From contig NC_058368.1 in NCBI RefSeq assembly GCF_018350175.1, positions 125,056,001-125,120,000 on the forward strand: a DNA stretch of 64,000 nucleotides, given 5' to 3'. Below the pieces are notes generated by a model. The model saw nothing but the letters and a program-made list of their open reading frames with translations, was not told the DNA's origin and searched no databases. Shown one piece after another: positions 12,816 through 26,612 of the stretch. Every line of letters begins with the position of its first letter. The stretch's first letter is position 1. Made by a program: the position numbers and the translations under genes. This stretch comes from Felis catus (lineage: Eukaryota).

Positions 12816-13190
12816 AAGTAGAACATCCAATTAGTATTAGTTCTCAATATGGCTTCAGATAAGACTGTAATGCCAGCAATTCAGCTCTCCATCGGATTGA
12901 ACTACTTGCATTTTTTGTAAATATATCCACTTCTCCTGAGAGATACTCAAATATTTTTTGTTGGAATGAATGACTAGTCTCCGAGAAGACTAATTCATTA
13001 TAAGTTTTGCCTAAACAAACACTGTTAACGGAAGGGGGATGGTCTTCAGAAAAAAAGAAAAGAACGTTCACAGAGATGAAAAAAGACAGCAAATCCTCAG
13101 TTCATTACAAGGAAGAAGAAAATCTGGTCCACAGACATGAGAATCTATCTGACCCATGAGTTACGGCCATCCTTCAAATATGATAGATTT

Positions 13191-13382
13191 GGGGCACCCA
13201 GGTGGCTCAGTTGGTTAAGTGCCTGACTTTGGCTCAGGTCATGATCTCACGGTTGGTGGGTTCAAGCCCCACATCAGGCTCTGTGCTGTCAGTGCAGAGC
13301 CTGCTTCAGGTTCTCTGTCTCCCTCTCTCTCTCTGCCCATCCCCACGCTCTCTCAAAAATAAACATTAAAAAAAATTAAAGA
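13191..13382 (+). mobile_element. CanSINE
   Basis: TSD aaatatgatagat on both sides. Confidence 0.9.
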
Positions 13383-13439
13383 AAATATGATAGATGCGTC
13401 AGGCTAACACACCTTTGTAAGGTGACACAATTAGATCTT

Positions 13440-14960
13440 CAAACTCAGTAACTTTAAATTTAAGGGATCTTCTCAAAAGAATTGTGAATACCTATACCCC
13501 TTTCCACATATCCAAGCTGACATCTAATTTTTCCATTATAAGTTTAAAGAGTTGCAAAGGATATACTTCCCAAAATATTGTAATGGTGGCCCTTTAAAAA
13601 GAAAGCCTTCATTTAACACTTTAAAATGCATGCAATGGAATCTAAATACCACAGCAATTTGATATGTCCATCATTCTTTTTTTTATAAATAAAGAATATG
13701 TTTCTTCTTTAGGAAATTTTATGATTTCTTTTTCTTTCTGATCTCAAATTCCTATTCTATTTCATCCAAAGAACTTTATCCCAGTGTAATATGTTTAAGC
13801 CCAAAAGTCTTTTGGTGATGTCCTACTATCTTTTTCTGCAACAAAAAGATCTCTATAAGTTGACACTCAAAATTAATAATTTCCCTCTAGATTACATTAT
13901 CAGTCCAATTATTATTAATTCCCAATCGATCAAAACAATATACATGTATTACAAATTTTGATTAAAGCATACTGAACAAAAATCAAAATTGAACTAGATA
14001 TCAATCTCTTAATAAGATGGATGGGACCTGAAAAAATTAGGTCCTGTACCTGCGGATAAATTTTATATAACACTAGAATGAGAATGAGTTTAGCATCAGT
14101 TCCATTCTTATTCTTTATGTGTATAGAAGTAAACTCTGAGAAACCATATTCACACAATAGGGTTTTGTTGCTAAACCATCACTGAATTCTTTGAACTCCT
14201 TAGTAATATATCATGTAGTGATCTTCCTTCAAACGTTATTGTTTATAATCTTACACTGTTATTTTGATCATCTTCACTTGTGTTGAAAGCAAATAATTAA
14301 AAGCTACCTGACTTAACAAAAGGATTTGTTACCCAGTCCTCATGGTCCTTCACTATAATTCACATCAATCTTGATGAATACCAAAAAAAGACTTTGCCAA
14401 AACTTACCAAATGAACGATTGTATTGGTTATTTTTTTCTCTTAGAGGCACACATTTAAGCCAACACCCTCAGAAAAGGGAGGGCAAATGGACATATTCTT
14501 AATTTTAATACTTTCTTGTCAATATAGTATTTTTAAATAAAACCTTTTTCTTTTATTTTATTTATATTGGTCATATTTTTAAAGTTTATTTATTTTGAGA
14601 GAGAGAGCATGTGTGCTCCTGAGCAGAGGAGGGGCAGTAAAGAGGGAGAGGGAGAATCTCAAGCAGGCTCTGTGCTCCCATGAACCGTGAGATCATGACC
14701 TGAGCCAAAATCAAGAGTCGGACGCTTACATCTTATCACACATTTTAAATACATTTTTGTCAAAACCATGGAGCTTCAGATTCAGCCCTTTCAGATTGTG
14801 GAAAATATTTGCCATACAACTCAACCAGCAAAAACTGTCCCCTTTGTCAAACCACACTGCCAGGTCAGATTTGCTTTCTTTCAAAGAAAATCTGACTTCA
14901 CTTTGTAATTTCACTGCCAATCCTAATGAGCATGTTAAATCTTATTTTGAAGCATATTAA
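13440..14960 (-). mobile_element. Decayed hAT-Charlie (Buster-type) DNA transposon with transposase remnants, interrupted by a partial SINE at ~14570-14727
   Basis: Minus ORFs resemble the Charlie/ZBED5-type core (SDLAVWFDKGDSFCWLSCMANIFHNLKGLNLKLHG) and the hAT dimerisation motif (CEYGFSEFTSIHIKNKN). Confidence 0.75.
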
Positions 14961-16567
14961 AAATCATTGAGAAATAAATTACAAACCATGTGCTATAAAA
15001 CAGATTACTAAAAGGCAATTCAAGATTAAAATGAGGTAAGATTTAATAGAATGTATTCATTTTATCATGTTATGAAAACAAGAGTAATCAATACACAGTT
15101 CCTGATTACTTAGTTTGTTTTCATTCAATGTAATGTGTAGCTAAAATTGATAAGTTATTTATTTTGCAAAGGATGTGGTAAAAGGCACAGTAATCCTTTG
15201 GCAAATGTGCATGTGTGTGTACTGAACTTTGGTATTTGCTTTGGAAATAAAGAATTATGAGTAAAAAATCAGAAATACTCCACTAATTTCATTTGTGTTC
15301 AAACTTTTCTTATATATTTGATGATATACAAAGGTATGTGCTGCTAAAAATAATCAGTCCAGGAGTTAGCCTTTCTTTTTATTTTTAATAGAAAGTGGGA
15401 AAATCTTAGATGAAATTATATAAGGATTTTTATCTGTGACTTTTATCTAGTGTTCCTAGAAATGTAGAAATCTGAAAAAATTTGTTTCCTCTTGGAGTCA
15501 TGTTTATTGAGACTAATTGAAAATACTTGCTTAAATAGTGTTTACTATTTCCTATCAATGCTTGCTTCTGTACTTTGTTCTTTCTAGAACTCTCCTTCAA
15601 AAGCATTCTATTTTTTTGACAGTGGTCAGAAAAGAAAGTCTTTAAATGAAAATTATTCTGCCTCTCACTACTCCACAACATACTGTCTCTGTTATCAGAA
15701 AATCCCAACAAGGACCAAAATACTCCATTCTTCACACCATATTTAACTTAAAAAATATATAAGACAGGAAGACTTAACATGCATTAAATAATTTCTACAA
15801 GCTTATTATATATCCTTCATTTTAATGTGCATTTCTAAAACTATACGGTGAAGATCTCTTCTTATATCTTGGTCACTCTAATTGTAAAAAAAAATTCACT
15901 TCTCTAAGACTGACCAAAACAGGCTAAACAAAACAACAGTTCAAGTACTGACAAGTGCTTCATAATTCTGTTGTGCTGTATTAGAATAGAAGCTAGAAAG
16001 AGTATTAAAAAAGCTTAACTGACAATTTCAGAATTTCAGCACTAAGTAACGGGCAACCCATTTGGAGAACTGGGTTTGTGATGGAATTCACAAGGCATGG
16101 AAAAACAGGGACTTCTGCTGATGCAGGATCATTAGCAGGGTATTTAACAGAACTAGACTTATTTTATAGACTTATAAATTATCTTGAAGAAAGAATGTAC
16201 AATTCAAGGAATGCCAGTGACTTTGCTCTCCATCCCCCTGATGAAAATATTCTGGTTTTATCCTGAGATGAAAAGACTTGAATTTTCCATACTCTTGGTT
16301 GGCTTCTCACAGTGTAAGCATCTTGCTGCACTGACTGTAATTCTGGTGTTTAAAGATACTTTTTTTTTTTTTTTTTTTTGGTACAGCATGGCCTGTAAAT
16401 ACAAAACTCCTTCATTATCCGGTGTTAAACTAAAGAGATACCAAGTTAATACTGAAGGAAAATTGACTTCACTGGATTTTTTTGAGAGGCTGTATGTCCA
16501 CCTTCAATGTGGAAGTTTCCTAACTTTTTTTTTTTTTCATTTCAATTTCTTTTCAAATTATTATTAT

Positions 16568-17087
16568 GGGGCACCTGGCTGGCTTACTTGGTGGAACATG
16601 CAACTCTTGATCTCGGGGTTGTGAGTTGGAGCCCCATGTTTGGTATAGAAATTACTTTACAAAAATAAAATCTGGGGGTCCTCAAGTGGCTCAGTCAGTT
16701 TAGTCTCCAGCTCTTAATTTCAGCTCAGGTTATGTTCTCACACTTTGTGAGATCTAGCCCCATGCCAGAGCCTGCTTGGGATTCTCTCTCTCCCTATATC
16801 TCTTTGTTCCTCCTCTGCTCCTGGTCTCTAAATAAATAAACTTAAAAATAAAATCTTTTGGGGCACCTGGGTGGCGCAGTCGGTTAAGCGTCCGACTTCA
16901 GCCAGGTCACGATCTCGCGGTCCGTGAGTTCGAGCCCTGCGTCAGGCTCTGGGCTGATGGCTCAGAGCCTGGGGCCTGTTTCCGATTCTGTGTCTCCCTC
17001 TCTCTCTGCCCCTCCCCCGTTCATGCTCTCTCTCTGTCCCAAAAATAAATAAATGTTGGAAAAAAAAATAAAAATAAATAAAATATT
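16568..17087 (+). mobile_element. Three tandem CanSINEs (short old type, full older type, young SINEC_Fc-like), each inserted in the previous A-rich tail
   Basis: Heads at ~16568, ~16675 and ~16860; aaaataaaatct repeated at the junctions. Confidence 0.88.
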
Positions 17088-18473
17088 TAAAAGGTAAAAT
17101 AATTATTATGAAATGTTTTAGGAATATCAAAAAGTATGCCATTTAAATAGCTTTTTATCTTCCTTTCTCTTCATTTAGCTTGCACAAACTAAATGTAAAT
17201 ACAGTGTTGATTCCACATGATAAACATTTATTGAGTACCTATTAAGTGTGTATCAACCACCTTGGAGGTTGGTATTGTCTCTGTATTATAGATAAAGAAA
17301 CTAATAGAGAAATTGAAACTTACCCCGCTTGTGAATGACAGTTAAATTTGGGCCCAAATCTGCGTAAGCTGTTTTCTTCATATCAAAATATTAATGAGTA
17401 AACCAAGAACTATTAAAAAACAAAAAGCACTTAGGTGAAATCTTGGTAATTAAGAGACTGAGCAAACTCTGTTGGAGGAAAAAACATGCTTAAACTAAGG
17501 GACCAGCTTTGGAAATAACCTATGAAACTGGATAATAGAAAAAAATATGTATCATATCAACTTATTGTAATGCTCATACAATTAGGTAAAATAATCTGAG
17601 TTATGTTGTACTTAAAAGATAATAAGCTGAGAGAACGCAGACTGTGTCCATTTGAGTCCCTCTTTGCATACACTTGGCCTAGCACACACACTCAGTAAAT
17701 ATAAGTTGGATGAATGAGTAAATCAGGATCCAGTTCGACTACAGCCACTTCCAAATAATCCAAGGTATACAGTAATGACGATAACAGGCAATGTGTCCTA
17801 GTGCATCACTGGAAGGGTATTTTAGAGGCAGCAGTCATTCACTTATTAACCCATTTACAAATCACTTCCATCCCTGGCCTTTGGTTGGATAGGGCCTCCC
17901 CATGCAATAAGTGTACCAGGAAGACAAGTCAGGGACGGGAGCTGTCTGACTTCACTGTGCAGTCAGGCAGCCCTATTGTTCACCTGTTCTGACTTGTTGC
18001 AGTCCAGCTCCCTCCCCCACCTCAGATAACTAACTCCCCTTGATGTCACACACGGAGTAATGTTCCTAAGGGCCCCCTTTTTTGTATGACTCACTGGAAC
18101 ATGCTCCCTTGGCTTTCACCCACTGTGTTCCCTCTGGGACCTCCACTCACCCATAACTGCAGGTTTTTCCTGGTCCACACAAGCCACGTCAGCTCTACCT
18201 GGCCCTCTATCTCGGAGAGGAAGGGACATAATGAGCTCCCTGTGCTAGGCTCTCTAAGTGGATTCACTACAAAACTATAATCATTCACCAACTTGTATTT
18301 CAGCTTTTGAAATACTTACATGCCAACACTTAATTTTACACACAAATGAATACTCCCCACCACTGAGTGGATTTCTATCCAAAATTACCATGTCAAAGTT
18401 GTGCAAGAACAAGCCTAATTGGGGGAGGACTTTTTGACATAGAAAGAACTTTCTATCAGAAGCCTTTATGTGC

Positions 18474-18849
18474 TGTATTAGTCTGCTGGGCCACTATAAT
18501 AAAGTACCACAGACTGGGTGAGTTCAACAGCAGAAATTTATTTTCTCACAGTTCTGGAGTGGAAGTCCAAGACCAAGGTGTCAGAAGGATTGGTTTCTCC
18601 TGAAGCCTTTTTCCTTGGCTTTTAGATTCTCCTCACATGGCCTTCCTTCTGTGTGCACATACCCCTGGCGTCAGTGTATCCAAATGTCCTCTTATGAGGA
18701 CATCAATCAGACTGGATTCAGGCCTATCCTAATGGCCTCATTTTAACTTAATCACACCTGTAAAGGCCCTATCTTCAAGTATAGTCACATTGTGAGGTAC
18801 TATAGAATTCAACATAGAAACTTGAGGGGACACAATTCAATCCATAACA
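18474..18849. mobile_element. MaLR solo LTR (MLT1A-like)
   Basis: tgtattagtc...aagtaccacagactggg...ttctcacagttctggag...aattcaatccataaca, TG...CA termini. Confidence 0.8.
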
Positions 18850-19462
18850 GGTGTCCCCTCAGATTCTTTCCACCCAATCTGCCTCTCACACTTGTAGCTT
18901 CTGCCCTGGATGATCACCTCCACGCAAGGAACTGCATTCTGGTGTCTGGAGTCTTCTTGCCACTTATGCACTTGGACAACACACCAGCTGCAGAGCACAG
19001 AATCTGGCTTTTTGAGTAACTGCTGGAGGGGCTAGATGGTGTAAGGCAGAAACATGGAAGTTTTGATTCTATATCAAACTTTCATGAATGGGGACATGGG
19101 AGACAAATTTTGATAAATGGGGACATGAGACACTGAAGGGTATCTGGCAGTTAAATTTCCTCTCCTCCTTCCCTTGGATGGATGACTCTGGGGTGCTGGT
19201 TCCTCCTGCAACCTGTCCTGAGATGTCCATTGTCACTGAGAAGATGCATCTGCTGAGTGACCTGCTGGGCCTCCTGTGGCTTTGTCACAGAGCAATGAGC
19301 AACATGATTATGCACCACTTTGCAGTGCTTTCCATTCTTCCCTGTTTAATTTCCCTTTTTCCATCCTCTTGCTGCCATGGTTTTCCATCTCCCAAATACT
19401 CACAAGTACATCATCACTTAATCCTTGCCTCAGGTTCTGTTTTCTAGGAAACCTGAGCTAGA
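18850..19462. mobile_element. Old ERVL-type LTR fragment (LTR16-like)
   Basis: Resemblance to recalled consensus; ends ...caggttctgttttctaggaaacctgagctaga. A related copy lies at ~32580-33090. Confidence 0.5.
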
Positions 19463-19717
19463 ACACTGGCATACTTGACAAAGAGAAAATGAGACTGAAA
19501 AAAAATCCTGTTAATTAGAGACAAACACTGACAAGGAATCTTGGGGATGATTCTGAGTAGAGTATCATTTAATCAATAATGTGGCCCTACACTATACATG
19601 TTGAGCTCAGAGGACTCATCATCAATCTTAATGAAATAGAAGATTAGGAAGTATATCAGCCAGTTCCAAATAGAAAATGAGAAAAACCATTCTAAGATTT
19701 AATACAGAAGAAATTCA

Positions 19718-19942
19718 GGGCGCCTGAGAGTAGCTCAGTCAGTTAAGCGCCTGACTTTGGCTCAGGTTATGATCTCACGTGGGTTTGAGCCCCGCATCGG
19801 GCTCTGTGCTGACAGCTGGGAGCCTGGAGCCTGCTTCAGATTCTATGTCTCCCTCTCTGTCTGTACCTCCCCCACTTGCATTTTGTCTCTCTGTCTCTCT
19901 CTTAAAAATAAATAAACATTAAAAATTTTTTAAATAAATAAA
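19718..19942 (+). mobile_element. CanSINE
   Basis: TSD acagaagaaattca. Confidence 0.9.
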
Positions 19943-20422
19943 ACAGAAGAAATTCAAGTAAATAAACAGGAAATTAATCCATGAATGGGTTACACAAGTC
20001 TAAGATTCAAAACAGAGTACTGGAAGTTATTCAGAGATTTGCAGAAAGTGCCACCACTCTTAAGCTAGAGGGACAAAAAGCATAATCAATGTTACCACAG
20101 CCCGGGGGCCAGTCAGTGGGGGAAGCCAGAACTATGGTATACTTGCCTAGCTAGAGCTGTACTGGAGATGTAACCAGAGACAGAGAAAGAGGGACAAATA
20201 TCCTGGCTTCTCTCCTTCTCTCTGTGATTTATTACCAGTGCCTTCCATTACCTGAACCCAAGAAGAAGCCAGCTAACCCAGGAGCCTGGGAAATGGAGCT
20301 TGTAGGAATTGTTGCCCCTGTCATATGGAGGAGTTCAAGAGAATTAATGACATAGGCTAAGGACTGACCCAGAAAACAAGATTGGTCAACTTGGAGAAAT
20401 TGTTACAAGGTCAGTAACTTTA

Positions 20423-20553
20423 GGGGTGCCTCACTGAACATGGAAGAACATGCTACTCTTGATCTCGTGGTTATGGGTTTGAGCCCCACGTTGGATGTAA
20501 AGATTACTTAAATAAATTTAAAAACTTTGAAAAAAAAAACAAACGAAAAAATA
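20423..20553 (+). mobile_element. Short CanSINE lacking the CT tract
   Basis: tRNA-like body and A tail; TSD aaggtcagtaacttta / aaggtcaataacttta. Confidence 0.8.
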
Positions 20554-20707
20554 AGGTCAATAACTTTATGGACCAGGGAAGTGTATCTTGGGAGGAAAAA
20601 TATAACACAGATACAACAGTGAACATTGGAATAAAACAGACCTGAATTTAAATGTTACTGGCATGTGAACTTGGATAAGTCATTTAATGTATCTGTACCT
20701 CAGTTTC

Positions 20708-20936
20708 TTTTTTTTTAATTTTTTTTTAAATTTTTTTCAATGTTTTTTATTTATTTTTGGGACAGAGAGAGACAGAGCATGAACGGGGGAGGGGCAGAGA
20801 GAGAGGGAGACACAGAATCGGAAACAGGCTCCAAGCCATCAGCCCAGAGCCTGACGCGGGGCTCGAACTCACGGACCGCAAGATCGTGACCTGGCTGAAG
20901 TCGGACGCTTAACCGACTGCGCCACCCAGGCGCCCC
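20708..20936 (-). mobile_element. Young SINEC_Fc-like SINE with a small internal deletion, inserted in a MIR
   Basis: TSD tcagtttctttt; MIR-like flank at ~20610-20707. Confidence 0.9.
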
Positions 20937-22161
20937 ATCAGTTTCTTTTTTTTTTAGTCTGTGTTGTACCCCTCTTAGAGTATGTAACTCTTTAGAAGCG
21001 TTCCACAGAGGGATAAAAAAGTTGGAATTATATCCACCAATTCCCATCCCCATTTGCAGCTAATTCCTGGCATTAACTCTCAGGTACTTTCGTCCTGACC
21101 TTCGGGAAGGCCCAGCCTGCTGTCTCGGCCAGATAACTCTCATAGGCAGAGAAACGCAGGAACTAGGTGTATAAGGTGCTGTCTGAAGGTGACTCCAGGT
21201 GGACTGAAAAATATGGATCAAGCGTTGGCAGTATCTACTGCTGACGGATAGCTAAAAAAGCTCTGAAAATCATAATGGACCAGAATCTAGCCTTAAATGA
21301 GCACAGTTGCACTTTCACGTTTTCCTAGACCAGTGCTTTTTACACTTTTCTGACCAATACCCACATTTGGAAAGGTATTTTGACATTGTGACTCAGTACA
21401 CGTGTGTAGGTATATATACATGTATATAACTGAAACAAAAGATTCATACAATTATACTCATTCTAAATAGCACATACTCTGATTTTTTTTCCATTTCATT
21501 ATTTTTTTTTAACAAGGTTGCAAGTCTTGAATTGATTTCATGACCCTCTAAAGACCCTCGGTTCATATCCTAGCCACACAAAGTGTGGAATGCTGCCATG
21601 ACAAGGAACTGGAGCCAGAATGCAAATAAACTATGTCACTATACACTAAAGTCATTAAACACTAAATTCAGCTGACATTTCTTTCATAGCAAGACGTTCT
21701 CAGTGAAGGAAGCAGTATGTTGATTGATATTTTATTAAAGCAAAAAAAAAAAAGTTTTCTAATACGCTTCTCTATTGTTAAAAGATCCTAGCCCTCCAAA
21801 ATCTTGTTCAGTTATTTCTTGGCATCTCTAAGGAACACCTCTGATGCTGCCATCAAACTACATTTGCAAAAGATTCCCACCCTCTCCTTAGTGCTGATGG
21901 CTAGAAGCAAAGGTGAAGACCACTGCCCACTCCTACTCGCCCTTGCAAGAAGGACCACATGGCCCATACCCCTGGGCTCCCTGCTGCTGTCACCATCTAG
22001 CCTAGTGGGAAATGAGACTCAAGTTCCACTTCTGTGGACTTACAAGAGAAGGAAAATTGGGTCCCTACTATGACTATAGTTTCCATACTTCAGGTTTCAG
22101 ATGATGTCTGTGAAGCTATCCTCCTCCAGGACAGCAGTCCTCAAACTGGAGTACCCTAAGG

Positions 22162-22382
22162 CAGTGGTCCTTAACCAGGTGTATTTTGCTCCCCAGGGGG
22201 ACATGTGCCAATGTGTGAAGATATTTTTGGTTGTTACAATGCAAGGAAGGGGTTGCTACTAGGATTTGATATGTAGAGGTTAAAGATATTGTTAAATATC
22301 CTACAATGCACAGGACAGCTCCCCTCATGACAAAGAGTTAAAGGACCCAAAATGTCAATAGTGCTTAGATGCAGAAACTGTG
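22162..22382. mobile_element. MER20 (hAT-Charlie MITE)
   Basis: cagtggtccttaacc...gatatttttggttgt...tcctacaatgcacaggacag...; degenerate 8-bp TSD ccctaagg / ccctaaca. A second copy lies at ~35287-35510. Confidence 0.85.
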
Positions 22383-23254
22383 CCCTAACAGTGCACATAG
22401 GCTTCCATGCAGTGAGCAGGCACAGATTGTTTTAAGCTGACTGGTTACAGATCTTTAGTTTCCATTTGTACTCTTTCCTGACTTTGGGCTGCTACAGCCT
22501 GCCAATTCTCCTTTCCAGCCTTCCTTTCCTGATGACCCTTCTCCCAAATCCCATATAAACCTGCCCAAGTTGAAAAACCTAGAGAGCACCTAAAAAAAAG
22601 GACATGAGATTGTGTGCTCTCTCCTGTGAGGAGCATCTGTGAGGCAGTTCCCTGAGGGCAAAGCAGAAGAGCTTCATAAAATTGATAAAGCATCAGTGCC
22701 TTGGTTCAAGCAGGTAACAAACCGTCTGGCAAGCCCCTGAGCTTTATGCACCCATTTATATGTTTTAGAATTGGAATCCAAAAGTAAGATAAATCCATCA
22801 CAGGGAGACCTAGGAACACATATATATGAGTTGATAAATGAAGTCAGACTCCTTCTGACTGAAAATTCAATCTGGCTAATTGGTTTAAGAATGAAGACTG
22901 GCTTTGCCATTTAGATTAGAGAGCAGACATTTCCATAAACGAAATAGGTTCAATCTGCAGGCCAAGGTACACTATATAATATGCCAGGAGTGACATCCTT
23001 TGAAATTCTTTAGATTTATAATAGAAAAATCTTCATGTGAACTGAAAAATGTGAGACGATGGTGATAGAAGTCAGAAGAGTGGTTACCTACAGGAGGGAG
23101 ACGGCAAGTATCAACAAGAAGGGAACATGAGGGAACCTGCTAGTGCTGGAAATGTTCTACATCTTCATCTTGATGGTGATAACATGAGTGTATAAATATG
23201 GAAAAGTTCACTGAGCCTGTACATTTAAGATTTAGGTACCTTAGAAAAGTTATA

Positions 23255-23463
23255 TTTAAAATTTACTTTTATTTTTATTTTGAAAGAGACAGAGAGAATG
23301 TGAGTGGAGGAGGGGCAGGGAGAGGGGAAGAAAGAATCCCAAGCAGACTCTGTGCTGTCAGTGCACAGCCTGATGTAGGGCTTGATCTCATGAACCATGA
23401 TATCATGACCTGAACTGAAATCAAGAGTCAGACACTTAACCAACAGAGCCACCCAGGTGCCCC
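23255..23463 (-). mobile_element. CanSINE inserted in an old L1 3' fragment
   Basis: TSD agaaaagttata. Confidence 0.88.
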
Positions 23464-24049
23464 AGAAAAGTTATACTTGAATAAAAACAACAAAAGTAAA
23501 GGAGGTTTTAAAAATCTTATGTGAGACTATTCAAGCAAAAAAGTTTGAAGACCACTGCTTTAGGAGATTGGGAGGAGGAAGTTTTCCTGCAGTTGCAGTC
23601 CAAAATATGCCTCTCCTGTCCTATATCCTCAGAACCTCTCCTTCTTAACATGTCTTCTTTTCCTCCCAAACTCTTCCACCAAGCCTCCAGGAGTCCTACT
23701 CTGTGATCTACACACCCCTTATATCCTGAACCATTTCCCTGGGCATTTCTCCCCACCACCTGCCTTAACTGAAATTTGCTCTTCTCCTGATCCCCCACTG
23801 CCCCCACCCACCCAGGACATCACCCTTTCAGACCATACAAACTTCAGGGTCAGGAGGTGAGGTCCATGTCCTTGTTCCTCTGGTAGGAAGCCAGGATGCT
23901 CCACCCTCTGAGAATCCTAATATTCACTCATACTATTATCATTCCTGGTCACTGTCTTTTACTGATTACATGGCCACTGTCCTTCACCAACGTAGGATCT
24001 GGTGTATACACTGCCTTCTCCCCCCTAATCCCTGCTATTCTCTTGGTTG

Positions 24050-26075
24050 CATTTATACTTGAAGAACAAAGATTTTAATTTTGATGAAGTCCAATGTATT
24101 AATTTTTTCTCTTATGGTTGGTGCTTTTTGTAGCCTGTGTAATTTTTGTCTTCTCAAAGTTTTCCAAGATTTTCTCTGATATTGTTTTTCAAAGTATGTT
24201 ATAGTTTAAACTTTAACATTCAGGCCTATGACCCATTTTGAGTTAATTTTTATATATGGTGTGAGTTAAGGGTCAAGGTTATTTTTTTTTTCAATATAGA
24301 TACACAGTTGTCCCAACACCACTTGTTGAAAAACTTTCCCTGTTGAAAAAACTTGGCACCTTTATCAAAAATTAACTGAATATAGATATAGATATATAGA
24401 TATAGATATATAAATATTTTTGATGGTTCATATATATATCAAAAATTTTTTTCAATTCATATATATTTATGAAAAATTGTATGTGTATAATGCCTATTAC
24501 TAGGGTCCATATATTTTTTCATGATTCTTGATGACTTATAATAATAAGATTCATAATAAATCTTGAAATTGGATAAGACAATTCTTGATAATTTATAATA
24601 ATAAAATTTGTAATAAACCTTGAAATCAGGTAGTGAAAGGCTTCATCTTTGTTCTTTTTTAAAATTATTTTGGCTATTCACTATCCTTATTTCCATATGA
24701 ATTTCAGAATCAGTTCATCAGTTTCTACAAAATTCCTGCTAGTATTTTGCTTGAGATTGTATTGAACCTATAGATCAATTTGGAGAGAATTGCTATCTGA
24801 ACAACAGCAACTCTTCCAATTTATGAACACAACATATCTCTCCATTAACTTAAGTCTCATTTAGTTTCTCCCAGCAAAGTTTTATGGTTTTCAATGTATA
24901 GATCTTGTACATCTTTTACTAAATTCAACCCCAAATATTTTATGTATTTTTGATACTATTTTAAATGGCATTTAAAATTTTCATTTTACCATTGATTGTT
25001 GCTAGTATATAGATATTCAATTAAATTTTGTATATTAATTTTGTATCATACAACTTTGGAAATTTTATTTATATGTTAGTGGCTTCTTGTAGACTCCTTA
25101 AAATTTTCTATTTTCACAAATATGTCATCTTCAAATAAAGACAGTTTTACTTCTACCTTTCTGATCCATATATCTTATTATTTTTCTTGCTCTATTGTGA
25201 CTGCTAGGACCTCCAGGATAATGTTGAATTAAAATGTTGAAAGTATTTATTCTTCCTTGTTCCTGATATTCCTGGGGGAAAGCATCTCATCTTTTACCTT
25301 TGTGGTGGTTTTGAAATATAGTCACTGTTTCTCTTATACTCCTCCCCTCAGAGAGTGGAGTCTTTCCCCCTCCCCTTGAATGTGAGCAGTAGTCACTTGC
25401 TTCTAATGAATAGATTCTGGTGGAAAGGCTATATGTGACTTCATAAATGGTCATAAATGGTATTGTAGCTTCCTTCTTGCTTTCTCTTTTTCTTGGGTCA
25501 CTACTCTGGGGGAAGCCATTTGTCAAGCCATGAGAAGACTTATGAAGAGATGCATATGGTGAGGATCTAAGGCCTCCTTCAAGTAGTAAAGACCTGAAGG
25601 CTTATCCCAACAGCTTTGTGAATGAGCTATCTTGGAAGCAAATCCTTCAGCCCTAATCAAGGTTTCAGATGACATAATCCTAGCTGATATCTTGAATGCA
25701 ACCTCATGAGAGAATCTCAGTTAGAACTACTCTACCAAGTTGCGCTCAAATCCCTAACCCTAAGAAATAGTGAGATTTTAAGTGTTTATTGCTTAAGCTG
25801 CTAAGTTTTGGGGTAATTTTTTACACAGTAATAAGATAACTAATATAGCCATTAAGTATGATGTTTCTTGTAAACGCCCTTTATCATATTAAGGATATTT
25901 TCTTTCTATTACTAGTTTGCTTAGAATATTTATTACAAATGGGTGACAAATTTTGTCAAGTAACTTTTTTGCATATATTGAGATGATCACATTCTTTTTC
26001 ACCTTTATTCTGGTAATTGATGATTTTCAATGTTTATCCAATCCTTCATTACTAGGATAAACTTTAATTTGTCAT
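24050..26075 (-). mobile_element. Ancient L1 ORF2 region interrupted by an MLT1-type LTR (25301-25847)
   Basis: L1 text gggaaagcat...tttacc resumes as attaagtatgatgtt across the LTR; degenerate 5-bp TSD acctt / gccat. Confidence 0.8.
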
Positions 26076-26374
26076 TTTGGTACATCGATACACTAGAAAT
26101 AACATCAAGCAGTAAAAAGGTATGAAAACAGATACAAGTAACAACATGGATGAATCTCAAAAACACTCTGGTTCCAGTTATATTAAATTCACAAAATACA
26201 AAATTAATCTAGGAAAAGAAGGTAAATTTGTGTTTGCCTGGGACTGGAAAGTGTGTGGGGACTGACAGTAAAGGACAGGAGGAAAGGTGATAGAGATGCT
26301 CTATACCTTGATCATAGTAGTGGTTACACAAATGTATAACTCACTAATCAGTACCCTTAAAATGGGTGCACTTA

Positions 26375-26494
26375 GGGGCACCTGGATGACTCAGTCAGCT
26401 AAGCATCTGACTCTCGGTTTCAGCTCAGGTCATGATCTCATGGTTCACTTCGTAGGAATGAGCCCTCTGAGCTGGAAGTGCAGAGCCTGCTTGG

Positions 26495-26559
<65 letters not shown>

Positions 26560-26612
26560 TCTGCCCCTCCCTGCTTGTGATCTCTCTCCCCCAAAATAAA
26601 ATTTTTTTAAAT
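26375..26612 (+). mobile_element. CanSINE within an old L1 3'UTR (~26080-26670)
   Basis: TSD ggtgcactta; long (CT)n. Confidence 0.85.

Noticed and set aside
13930..14920. Domesticated ZBED/Buster-like gene
   Set aside because: Short broken frames, SINE interruption and degenerate motifs; an ordinary Charlie fossil.
15900..16500. Further coding-looking minus-strand text broken by a long T run
   Set aside because: No clear splice boundaries and several frames look equally plausible; left unassigned.
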